Assembly: GCF_006345805.1 (NCBI RefSeq)
Contig: NW_021824758.1
Location: 1-17,730, forward strand
DNA from: Octopus sinensis
Lineage: Eukaryota
Direction: 5' to 3'
DNA: 17,730 nt
Position numbers and translations under genes: made by a program. Position 1 is the stretch's first letter, and each line of letters starts with the position of its first letter. Shown piece by piece: positions 1-9,345 of this stretch. The notes below the pieces were generated by a model. The model did no database searches and was not told the DNA's origin. It worked only from the letters and a program-made list of their open reading frames with translations.

Positions 1-264
1 TCTACCTACACTCTCTTTCTCACTTCCTCCATATATATAGAGAGAGAGGAACGCACACATACACGCACATGCACACACACATACACATACACACACACAC
101 ACGCGCGCACATATATGCACATATGCATGACTGTGTGTGTGTGTGTATACATTGATATATATATATTCTTTTACAAATTTAAGTATTTTGACTACGGCCA
201 TGCTGGAGCACCGCCTTTTAGTCAAATATATATACATACACACACACACACACGTACACACATA

Positions 265-298
<34 letters not shown>

Positions 299-387
299 CG
301 GCTCTTTACTCCTCATTTCGGGCATTCAACGACAATATGATTCTTCAAAGACAGTTTCTCATATATATATATATACATATACATATT
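1..387. repeat. Mixed (CT)n/(TA)n/(GA)n/(CA)n microsatellites with a short SINE family A 3' fragment (about 165-230, minus)
   Basis: Dinucleotide runs; 'cggccatgctggagcaccgccttttagtc' at about 195-223 matches the SINE A 3' end seen at 4500-4530. Confidence 0.85.
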
Positions 388-549
388 AGAGGGATGACCA
401 CTATGTGGACAACCCTTATGCTAGAAGTAGATCTGCTACGGTTTTACGACTAAAGAATATTCTGAAGAAAAATCAGCAAACACCAGAACGTAAGCGAGCA
501 AGACAAATGAAAAGTAACAAAATATAGATTATTTACATACATGTTTCAC

Positions 550-1612
550 TATTAACGGATTACGTAATTTTACTTACGCAATTTGTCCGTAGATCTTCAG
601 TGTGACCGTCCATACAAATATAATACGCAGAACTATACACAGAGACATGTATGTGAACAATGCCAGCTAGCAAGCTTTCAAAGCATCTTATACTCCGCTA
701 CAAATGCTGAGCACAAAGGTTAGACCTCACAGCTTGACCATCTAGAACAGGCTCGAAGCTTAACAACCCTTCGAAAATTTACCAAGCGCACATGACCTCC
801 TGTTCTAAACGCCCTTGTTTGACAACAGGTTTTGAAGCCTGGCTGGAATGAAGCTACTGTTTCTCTCATTAGAACTATGAAAAGAGATGCATTTTTCATC
901 TTTTTGCAATTTGACATTTATAACAGTGTTTTAATTGTTTTCAATTGTTCACACGCCGCTGGACGTGGTCATTGGTCAGTCCACGAGGAGCCTCTTCCTT
1001 CTCGAGCCATGCCTGGCTCATAAGGGCCAGTTTTCCCGTTTCCTTGGCGTATAGGTTCCCCACCTGGACCGGACACCGGTCCGTCGCAGTTGAGCTGCAA
1101 GATGCAGGAAGAAAGAGTGAGAGAAAGTTGTGGCGAAAGAGTCAACAGAAGTTCGCCATTACCTCCTGCTGGAGCCGCGTGGAGCTTAGGTGTTTTGCTC
1201 ATAAACACACTCATCGCCCGGTCTGAGATTCGAACCCGCGATCCCTCGACCGCGAGTCCGCTGCTCTAACCACTAGGCCATGTGCCTCCACGAGGAGCCT
1301 CTCGATAGTATCTATTCATAAGGCTGGGCATTGTGAAGAACAAAGTTCTGCCGTCAACGTACGAAGGCTTCTACTTGGTTGTTGTAGAACTATTTCAAGC
1401 GAAGCCTCATCTTCCACAAGTCTCCCTGATCTTGATTTGTATTCGAAGTAGGTATCACCTTCCTTGAAGCGTCTGAACCAGTTTTGTTCCAGGGACTGCC
1501 TTTGAACTTAGTCCTTTTTTTTCCACAAGCAATACTTGCAATTTTTACACTACTCATTTAAAAAAATGTAAACTAAAGAACAAACAATTAATTAGAAAAT
1601 TACTAATTTTAA
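550..1612 (-). mobile_element. Degenerate, internally deleted mariner-type (Tc1/mariner) transposon, interrupted by a SINE
   Basis: Hand translation of the minus strand gives QNWFRRFKEGDTYFEYKSRSGRLVEDEASLEIVLQQPSRSLRTLTAEL (about 1345-1490; mariner HTH region, WF..F..G...LED..RSGRP type). Across the SINE it gives LMNRYYREAPRGLTNDHVQRRVNN*KQL (WVPHEL-linker equivalent), then PVVKQGRLEQEVMCAW*IFEGLLSFEPVLDGQAV (about 720-830). Stops and frameshifts throughout. Weak degenerate TIR pair at about 555-580 and 1586-1610. Confidence 0.85.
996..1291 (-). mobile_element. tRNA-derived SINE, family B, tail type 1, full length, with TSD
   Basis: Minus strand starts GTGGAGGCACATGGCCTAGTGGTTAGAGC (A box) with GGTTCGAATC (B box). 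Direct repeat tccacgaggagcctct at 980-995 and 1287-1302; its first 5 nt overlap the SINE 5' end. Body matches 11288-11498. Confidence 0.92.
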
Positions 1613-1693
1613 ATCTTACAATGTGAGATATTCAACAACAGTACTTTGTCGTAAAGATTGTTTGCCAACAAAACATGGCAGTCCTGGTTTAGG

Positions 1694-1782
1694 GACTAAG
1701 TACTAGCTGCTTACTGGAGTCGATCTAATCGCCTGGCTCTCTGCCCCAAAATTTCGGGCCTTGTGCCTGGAGTAGAAAAAAA
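1694..1782 (+). mobile_element. SINE family C 3' fragment
   Basis: 'ctggagtcgatctaatcg...ccccaaaatttcgggccttgtgcctggagtagaaaa' is the reverse complement of the 3' end at 10780-10860. Confidence 0.8.
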
Positions 1783-1799
1783 TATATATACTTTCCACG

Positions 1800-1960
1800 G
1801 AGTATTCGTTTTCTTCTCTCTCGACTTTTCATTTTTCTGACGAAGAGCCATGCTCGAAACGTCACACACCCGTTCTTTATTTTCTTTTTTTACTATCTTA
1901 AACTGAGCGTCATCCTAACAAATTCACTATTGTCATTTTCGTTTTTTTTTATTTTAGTTT
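1800..1960 (+). mobile_element. Penelope-like element terminal fragment with hammerhead-like core
   Basis: CTGACGA-A-GAGC-CAT-GCTC-GAAA-C-GTC at 1837-1863; related to 7600-7775. Minimal hammerheads in Penelope-like element repeats are established; family assignment is inference. Confidence 0.55.
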
Positions 1961-2059
1961 CAATAATAAATCTCTGAACGAGATGTAAACAGTAACCGCT
2001 CGACAATGTAAAGTAATAATAAATTATACTTTACATATTTTAGTTTCATTTTTGATTTG

Positions 2060-2141
2060 TACACACACACACGCACACATACACACACATACATACGTAC
2101 ATACATACATACATACATACATACATACATACATACATACA

Positions 2142-2175
<34 letters not shown>

Positions 2176-2326
2176 CATAATTGTGTGTAAGTGTGTGTAT
2201 GCGTGTTTATATGTGTGACAGATACAGTGGGAAGGGGAGCTGGAAAGAGAAAGTGAAAGAGAATGTGTGTATGTGTATATATATATATATGCACACACAC
2301 ACATATATATATACATACATATATAT

Positions 2327-2374
<48 letters not shown>

Positions 2375-2500
2375 ATATATATGTATATATACTTATATAT
2401 GTATATATATATACATATATGTGTGTGTGTGTATTGTATGTATGTATGTATGTATGTATGTATGTATGTATGTATGTTGCATATATGTATGTACGCATGT
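2060..2500. repeat. Compound (TACA)n/(TA)n/(CA)n/(TATG)n microsatellite
   Basis: Direct reading; explains the ORFs at 1960-2640. Confidence 0.95.
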
Positions 2501-2639
2501 ATCCGTTTACCATCGCGCGAAGAGCTGCCTTGCAACATTTTTGTGAAGGGTCTGGTTTTGTTGGACGAAAGAAAAGGCAAACTGTTAGGGGTCGTGAACC
2601 CGGACAGCTTGGTGGTATAGCCGGGGTGGAGATGGGATG

Positions 2640-2884
2640 AGGTTGTTAGTGGCGCTGAGGATGGGGGTAGTGGTAGTGACGATTGTGATGGCGGTGGCGA
2701 TGGCGGTGGTGGTTGTGGTGGTGGTGGTGGTGGTGGTGGTGGTGGTGGTGGTGAGCGGGTAGTTGTCAGGTGACGGAGGTGTGGATAATCTTAAAGTCAG
2801 TTATCATCTTCAGTCCTTCCTCTCTTCATTAAAACTATTTCGCGATCCCTCCCACTACTAAGCCCCTTCTTATATACCCTTCTT

Positions 2885-2924
<40 letters not shown>

Positions 2925-3021
2925 CTTTGTATACCATCAGCAGCATTTTTCGTATATCCTCACCCAGCAACGTATAAGCTTAGTTCGAGGTTAGAGTATA
3001 GAGGGAGGGCGGGGCGGTGAC

Positions 3022-3061
<40 letters not shown>

Positions 3062-3167
3062 CAGTAGTAGCAGCAGTAGTTTCCATAGTAGTTGTAGGGG
3101 TGGTGGCGTCGGTGATAGTGATGGTGTTGGTGGAGGAGGAGAACATCGTAGTGGCAGCAGCAGCAGC

Positions 3168-3214
<47 letters not shown>

Positions 3215-4225
3215 GTAGCAGCAATATTAGTAGTAGTTGTATTGTTGGTTGCGTCGATCACCAGTGTAATGTCATTGACCATATTGCCTGCTCGACCAGA
3301 GATGACCTGGGGCTAAATAACAACAGCACCACAGTAAGGGATGTTCTATTTGTTATTGCTATTGTTGATGGTGGTGATGGTGGGGATGGTTGTGGTGGTA
3401 GTAGTTATGGTGGTGATGGCAATGGTTACAATAGCGATGGGTATGGTGGTTGTGTTGACGGTGATGGTGGTGATGGTGGTGGTGGCTGTGGTGGTGGTGG
3501 TGGCGGTGGTTATGTTTGTGGTGGTGATGGTGGTCGTGACATTGGTGATGGTGGTCGTCGTCGTCGTGTTGGTTGTGGTGGTGGTGATGTCGGTGGTGTG
3601 ATTGGGTGGTGGTGGTGGTGATGGGATGTGGTTGTGGTGGTGATGGTGGTGGTGGCCGTGGTGGTGGTGGTGGTGGTGGTGGTGGTGTGGTGATGGTTTT
3701 GGTGTTGGGGATAGTGGTGGTGGTGGTGGTAGTGATGGTGAGGTTGGTGAATACTATAGCTTGTTTTCCAGTTTACAATGATGGCTGCAGCGGCGACGTG
3801 GAGGCACTGGTGGTGGTGGTGGTGGTGGTGGTGGTGGTGGTGGTGGTGGTGGTGGTCGGTGGTGGTGGTGGTGGTGGTGGTGGTGGTGGTGGTTGTGCGG
3901 TCGGTGATGGGTGGTGGTGGTGGTGGTGGTGGTGGTGGTGGCGTCGGTGATGGTGGTGGTGGTGGTGGTGGTGGTTTGGTGGTCTCGGCGTCGGTGATGG
4001 TGGTGGTGGTGGTTGTGGTGATTGTGTGGTGGGTGGTGGTGATGGTATGGTGGTTGTGGTGGGGGGTGGTGATGGTGGTGGTGGCTGCGTGGTGGTGGTG
4101 GTGGTGGCCGTCGGTGATGTGTGGTGGTGGTGGTGGTGGTGGTGGCGTCGTGATGGGGTGTGGTGGTGGGTGTGGTGGTGGTGTGGTGGTGGTGGTGGTG
4201 GTGGTGGTGGCGGCGGCGGTGGTAG
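2640..4225. repeat. Long G-rich trinucleotide region: (GGT)n, (TAG)n, (GCA)n, with (CT)n at about 2881-2922
   Basis: Direct reading; the poly-V/G/W and poly-T/Y ORFs are translations of these triplets. Confidence 0.95.
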
Positions 4226-4464
4226 AATGAACGCAGAAGAATGGTTAAGAGGGAGAAATGGTAAGGATGAAAGTGAGAGTGGTGGAAGGGGTGTGGGGCG
4301 GGGAATGATATTAGAATACTAGAGGTGTTTGTAAGATGGGGGAAGGGTCAGGAGGCGATGATGATGGTGTGGTGGAGTTGGAGAGGATGAAGAGCAGGGA
4401 GAGGTGGGGAGCTGGCAATGTTAGTGGATTCGGGAGATTATAGGAAGTTGCGTTTCATGTGTGT

Positions 4465-4640
4465 GTATTTATTCTTCTATTTGTTTCAGTCATTTGACTG
4501 CGGCCATGCTGGGGCACCGCCTTTAGTCGAGCAAATCGACCCCAGGACTTATTCTTTGTAAGCCTAGTACTTATTCTATCGGTCTGTCATGCCGAACAGC
4601 TAAGTGACGGTGTCGTAAACACAACTGCTTCGGTTGTCTT
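4465..4640 (-). mobile_element. SINE family A 3' body
   Basis: 'ttgtttcagtcatttgactgcggccatgctggggcaccgcctttagtcg...cggttgtc' is the reverse complement of 4723-4880. Confidence 0.9.
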
Positions 4641-4675
4641 CGTCGTATATATTTATATGTATGTGTGTGTGTATA

Positions 4676-4900
4676 TTTCTGTGTGTCTGTGTTTGTCCCC
4701 CCCCCCCCCACCAACATCGCTTGACAACCGATGCTCGTGTGTTTACGCCACCGTAACTTAGTGGTTCGGCAAAAGAGACCGATAGAATAAGTACTAGGCC
4801 TACAAAGAATAAGTCCTGGAGTCGATTTGTTCGATTAGAGGCGGTGCTCCAGCATGGCCGCATTCAAATGACTGAAGCAAGTAAAAGAATAAAAGAATAT
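4676..4900 (+). mobile_element. SINE family A 3' body
   Basis: 'tgtttgtccccc...ttgacaaccgatgct...gcggtgctccagcatggccgc...gactgaagcaagtaaaagaataaaagaa'; same body at 6205-6306, 7965-8213 and 13690-13901. Confidence 0.92.
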
Positions 4901-5100
4901 GTGTATATATTATACACTCACGCAGGCTGGCCCCTAAAATAGTGTGAAGGATACAAAGAGAGACGAGTGTTCGTTTCGTGACCAGAAGATAATATATATA
5001 ATTAGAGAATAGAGGAGGAAAGAGAAAAGAAAAATAAAGGACATGCAGTAGGGGGCGGGGTGGGGGGTGGGGGGGGGGAAGATGGAGCAAAGAAGAAAGA

Positions 5101-5328
5101 TTAGGAAAGGAAGATAAGGGAGAGAAAACAAAGTGCTAGTAATGATACACCCAGAGTTAACATGGCCGAGGTCAGAGCCACCTTAGCATCATCACAGGCC
5201 CCCGAGGAATTCAATGCATAAAGCCCTATAATATTTATTTCTTGACTGCAAGCCACAACATGTACAGGGTCTCCAGACTTGTGGGTCCCCTGGGTAACTT
5301 TCCAGTGTACTAATGCCTTAAGATGGCC
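5101..5328 (-). CDS. Putative terminal coding exon (75 aa, phase 0) of an unidentified protein with a GPI-anchor-like or tail-anchor C-terminus
   Basis: Acceptor ctacctttgccAG at 5330-5329. Only phase 0 is open: GHLKALVHWKVTQGTHKSGDPVHVVACSQEINIIGLYALNSSGACDDAKVALTSAMLTLGVSLLALCFLSLIFLS*. Small residues (NSSGA), polar spacer (CDDAK), then about 26 hydrophobic residues directly to the stop. No upstream exon confidently identified. Confidence 0.6.
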   Translation of the reverse strand, partial: GHLKALVHWKVTQGTHKSGDPVHVVACSQEINIIGLYALNSSGACDDAKVALTSAMLTLGVSLLALCFLSLIFLS

Positions 5329-5340
5329 CTGGCAAAGGTA

Positions 5341-5732
5341 GAAAGTAGGAGCACTCCGTCGGTTACGACGATGAGGGTCCCAGCTGATCCGAATCAACGG
5401 AACAGCCTGCTCGTGAAATTAACGTGTAAGTGGCTGAGCACTCCACAGACACGTGTGCACCCTAACGTAGTTCTCGGGGATATTCAGCGTGACACAGAGA
5501 GTGACAAGGCCGGCCCTTTGAAATACAGGTACAACAGAAACAGGAAGTAAGAGTGAGAGAAAGTTGTGGTGAAAGAGTACAGCAGGGATCACCACCATCC
5601 CCTGCCGGAGCCTCGTGGAGCTTTTAGGAGTTTTCGCTCAATAAACACTCACAACGCCCGGTCTGGGAATCGAAACCGCGATCCTACGACCGCGAGTCCG
5701 CTGCCCTAACCACTGAGCCATTGCGCCTCCAC
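5341..5732 (-). mobile_element. tRNA-derived SINE, family B, tail type 2, full length
   Basis: Minus strand starts GTGGAGGCGCAATGGCTCAGTGGTTAGGGC (A box), GGTTTCGATTCC (B-box-like). Shares 'aaaa..cctaa..gctccacg.ggctcc' and 'caactttctctcactctt' with 996-1291, then has a different 3' tail. Confidence 0.92.
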
Positions 5733-5841
5733 AAAGCCCTATAATATTTATTTCTTGACTGCAAGCCACAACATGTACAGGGTCCCCAAACTTGTGGGTC
5801 CCCTGGGTAACTTTCCGGTGTACTAATGCCTTAAGATGGCC
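5638..5841 (-). CDS. Possible alternative chimeric terminal exon (duplicated exon start read into the SINE head)
   Basis: Native-looking branch point CACTAAT (5873-5867), pyrimidine tract and AG (5843-5842). Frame reads GHLKALVHRKVTQGTHKFGDPVHVVACSQEINIIGL then CGGAMAQWLGQRTRGRRIAVSIPRPGVVSVY*. Usage is untested. Confidence 0.35.
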   Translation of the reverse strand, partial: GHLKALVHRKVTQGTHKFGDPVHVVACSQEINIIGLCGGAMAQWLGQRTRGRRIAVSIPRPGVVSVY

Positions 5842-6059
5842 CTGGCAAAGGTAAATGATAGGGTATATTAGTGTTTATAAATGGCGGTTTGTAGTTTTCT
5901 TGAATCGTATTAATGTGTTGCTTAGGACTACGGAAATGGACTGTCGTTTAAATCCAAGAAAGCGATTAGCAAGTAATTTACGAGCTGTTTTTATCTTAAA
6001 AACTACAATTGTGGTTTGTAGTCCTTGATTTATATGCATATTTAAACGTCAATATATAT

Positions 6060-6130
6060 ACCAAAGCTTTGTGAGTGGATTTCGTAGACGGAAGTTGAAA
6101 GAAGCCCGTCGTGTGTGTGTGTGTGTGCGT

Positions 6131-6193
<63 letters not shown>

Positions 6194-6306
6194 TGTGTGT
6201 GTGTTTGTCCGCCCCCCACCCCTCCCAACATAGTTTGACAACCGATGCTGGTGAGTTTACGTCCCCGAAACCAAGCGGTTCGGCAAATGAGACCGATAGA
6301 ATAAGA
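6060..6306 (+). mobile_element. SINE family A central part with internal (GT)n, truncated at both ends
   Basis: 'caaagctttgtgagtggatttcgtagacggaagttgaaagaagcccgtcg' + (GT)n + 'tttgtcc...gacaaccgatgctgg...gagaccgatagaataag'. Confidence 0.88.
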
Positions 6307-6309
6307 TAC

Positions 6310-6690
6310 ATGGAGATCTTATGCAATTGACATCATGGACTTTCTGGGATTGTAATCAATGGTTTGTTGAACTTGCTGGATAAATTCAAGTGTTCTGATG
6401 ATTTCAGAGCATTTAGAATGCTTTTTATGCGTTGATACTGGTGATACGTTTCCATCTTCAGTCTCTAGCTCCTTACAAACTCCGTAGACCAAAGTTCTGG
6501 TAACTTTCAAAAATCGAGATATTTCTAAATCGCTAAGTTCGGCCTTTATTGCAGCATGCTTCTTCATTTCTCGCGTAAACTGAGGGTCAGACATTATTAT
6601 TTTCTGCAACAAAGACTATACGGAGTTAGCAAGAAATGCAGCAATGACCCCCAAAAGATGTATGTCCTCAAATACCTTACGCGCCCTCTC
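6310..6690 (-). mobile_element. Tc1/mariner-superfamily transposase 5' fragment (N-terminal DNA-binding region; resembles DD37D/maT-type elements)
   Basis: ORF 6612-6319: MKKHAAIKAELSDLEISRFLKVTRTLVYGVCKELETEDGNVSPVSTHKKHSKCSEIIRTLEFIQQVQQTIDYNPRKSMMSIA, a paired-like HTH followed by the 'NP.KSM..IA' second HTH start. Truncated against the SINE; subfamily is inference. Confidence 0.75.
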
Positions 6691-6738
6691 TCTCTCTCTC
6701 TCCTCTCTATCTATATATATTATATATAATAATATATA

Positions 6739-6800
<62 letters not shown>

Positions 6801-6870
6801 TGAGTGTGTGTGTATGTATGTATATAAATGTGTGTGTGTATTTGTGTATGTGTGTGTGGGGGGGGGGGTG
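6685..6870. repeat. (CT)n/(TA)n/(TG)n/poly-G compound microsatellite
   Basis: Direct reading. Confidence 0.95.
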
Positions 6871-7182
6871 ATGCCATTGTACAGGATAACAATAACTCTA
6901 TAGACGACATTCTTTGAAACGAAAGATACACGAGTGGACAGGGTTTGAGCCATTAATGGAACTAACCACCAATAATTTTAAGAAACGATTCACACGGCAT
7001 ATAAACACCATTAGACGCAGGAGTAAGGTAATTCTTACCTTCCTGTCTTGCTTCCTCTAGTGACACTGGTACAAAGAAACGACTTCTCCTGCATTACATT
7101 GAGACATGGCAAATCCTTAAGAAATAAACCTAGCTGTTTCTTGTAGTAAATATTAATACTTACACCTAAACTAAAAAAAATT

Positions 7183-7298
7183 TCAGGGGCCCTTAAAATG
7201 TTACTCTGAATCCCCAATTTACTGTTTTGTTATATGGACACCCGAAAATCTTATGAGGACCTTCAGGAACCATATGGAGCCCGGTTGAAAACCGCTGG
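7183..7298. mobile_element. Possible hAT-like or MITE terminal remnant
   Basis: Ends 'cccggttgaaaaccgctg' (reverse complement CAGCGGTTTTCAACCGGG), resembling CAG..GTT.TCAAC hAT termini; partner TIR not found. Confidence 0.3.
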
Positions 7299-7322
7299 AC
7301 TAAATCTTTCAAGACAAATGAT

Positions 7323-7510
7323 CGCAGGCATGGTTGTGTGGTAAGAAGCTTGCTTCCGAGCATATGGATCTGGGTTCAGTCCCACCGTGTGACAACTTGG
7401 ACAAGTGTCTTCTACTATAGCATCGGGCCGACCAAATCCTTGTGAGCGGATTTGTTAGGTGGATACTAGAAAGAAGGCCGTCGTGTATAGCTGTGTGTGT
7501 GTGTGTGTAT
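7323..7510 (+). mobile_element. SINE family A 5' half (tRNA-like head plus CORE-like segment)
   Basis: 'ggttgtgtggtaagaagc' (A box), 'gggttcagtccc' (B box), 'acttggacaagtgtcttctactatagc'; matches the reverse complement of 14780-14948. Confidence 0.88.
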
Positions 7511-7599
7511 GTAATCCCATAAACTGGCCTTCCCCATTTTAAGAGATATATATATTCAAATGTGAATTAGAAGCAGCTCCAGAGACATAAACAATTCTA

Positions 7600-7775
7600 A
7601 AGCTTTTTTTTTTTATCATTCTCTCTTTATTTCCTCGTATTCTTTCTGTTGAAGAGCGTAGGCTCGAAACATAAAAGTCTTTTTCACCTTCCCGAGCGCT
7701 AAACTAATGCACCTGTTTGTTGTTTATGCACCTGCCTTCGTCTTTTGTTGTTTTTTTCTTGTTTTTTTTTTAATT
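7600..7775 (+). mobile_element. Penelope-like element terminal fragment with hammerhead-like core
   Basis: CTTT-CTGTTGA-A-GAGC-GTAG-GCTC-GAAA-C-ATA-AAAG at 7642-7677; related to 1800-1960. Confidence 0.55.
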
Positions 7776-7778
7776 TCC

Positions 7779-7825
<47 letters not shown>

Positions 7826-7964
7826 AAGGTAGAATAAAAAGAACGTAGCACGCAGAAATCAAACAAAACACAACATACGGAAAATAGACGATAACATAGC
7901 GAACGGCAAACTTGGCAGAAACAAGATGCACAGACCATTCTCAGCAGATTTCCTCTTCATTCGG

Positions 7965-8213
7965 TATTTATATGTGTGTATCTTTGTGTCTGTGTTTGCC
8001 TCTCTATCATCTCTTGACAACCGATGTTAGTATATTCACGTCCCCATAACTTGGCGGTTCCGCAAAAGATAGAATAAGTACTAAGGCTGTTAGGCTGACA
8101 AAGAATAAGTCATGGGGGTCTATTTCTTTGACTAAAAAAAATAACCTTTTAAGGTGGTGCTCCAGCATGGCCGCAGTCAAATAACTGAAACGAACAAAAT
8201 TAAAAGTAAAAGA
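7965..8213 (+). mobile_element. SINE family A 3' half (likely partner of 7323-7510)
   Basis: 'tgtgtctgtgtttg...ttgacaaccgatg...ggtggtgctccagcatggccgcagtcaaataactgaaac...aaaagtaaaaga'. Confidence 0.88.
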
Positions 8214-8539
8214 GCTGCCCTTGTGGCTTTCTGGAGAGTTTAAAGGCATTTTGTTTAAAACGGAAAGGGGTTGGCACCCATGAATTTCAAACGGATACAT
8301 TTAGTGTGGTTGAGAGTGATGTGTTTGATATTTGTAGGGTGACGACTGTTGGGGGCAGGGTCAAAAAAAAAAAAAAAAAAAAAAAAAAACAGGAGTGCAT
8401 GAAAGGGAAAGATAGAAGTAGGGAAATTCGGTTGCTAGGAAACGTAGAAACTTTTGTTTGGGGGAGAAGCGACCTCAAGATACAGTAATTCCAAGAAATG
8501 TTAAACAAAGGTATTCTCATACATTTAGTGAAACTAAAT

Positions 8540-8653
8540 GTATACATGTGTGTGTGTGCGCGCATGTGCGTGTGTGCGCGCATGTGCGTGTGCGCATGTG
8601 CGTGTGCGCATGTGCGTGTGCGCATATGTTTGTATGTATATGTATGTATATAT

Positions 8654-8701
<48 letters not shown>

Positions 8702-8945
8702 ACATGTATGTATGTGTATATATAAATATAGATATATATTTACACGCACACGTGTGTGTATATATATAAATATACATATGTAAGTATATATGCATGTACG
8801 TATGCATACATCAGCTCCTTCATACATAGTGTATGTGTGCGTGTGTGTATGAGTGTATGCGTGTGTGCGCATGTGTGTATATGTGTGTATGCGTGTGTGC
8901 GTGTGTGTGTATACACGCACGAACGCATGCATATGTTTAATGTAC
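8540..8945. repeat. Alternating purine-pyrimidine compound repeat including a (TGTGCGCATGTGCG)-type minisatellite
   Basis: Direct reading; 14-18 nt units at about 8550-8625. Confidence 0.92.
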
Positions 8946-9054
8946 GCAGAAAAGTGATACTGGATGTGGGGTTAGGAAAATTCACAAAAGAATGAAACAG
9001 CAATGAAATATAAATTAATGTATGTTGCTTGGATACGAGCTATTATAAACGTGG

Positions 9055-9183
9055 ATGTATACACAGGCACACACACACACACACACACACACCACACACA
9101 CACATACATGCATACATAGAGACGCACACACATGTGTTGTCTATACGTGTGTATGTATCTACGTGTACGTGTGTGTGTCTCTG

Positions 9184-9247
<64 letters not shown>

Positions 9248-9345
9248 GCATGTATGTATGTATGTATGTATGTATGTATGTATGTATGTATGTATGTGTG
9301 TGTGTGTGTGTATGTATGCATGTATATATCTATATATATATATAA
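9055..9345. repeat. (CA)n/(TA)n/(TATG)n compound microsatellite
   Basis: Direct reading. Confidence 0.95.

Larger units (their letters stand above)
5220..5853 (+). repeat. 121-bp direct repeat (5220-5340 and 5733-5853) flanking a SINE
   Basis: aaagccctataatatt...ccctggcaaaggta in both copies; 3 substitutions by hand comparison. Confidence 0.97.

Noticed and set aside
1200-1291. tRNA genes at SINE heads (also 5650-5732, 11711-11791, 15830-15907)
   Set aside because: A and B boxes are present but there is no full cloverleaf or acceptor stem, and each continues into SINE body or adjacent repeat.
2521-2580. Similarity to 8211-8270 (both start agagctgcc)
   Set aside because: The match decays after about 12 nt; cannot distinguish it from chance by eye.
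7039-7165. Possible 127-nt minus-strand internal exon (tttag acceptor, AG|GTAAGA donor, one open frame)
   Set aside because: A stronger GTAAGT donor sits 2 nt inside it, its phase-2 end does not join the phase-0 terminal exon, and the peptide is unrecognisable. RNA-seq would settle it.
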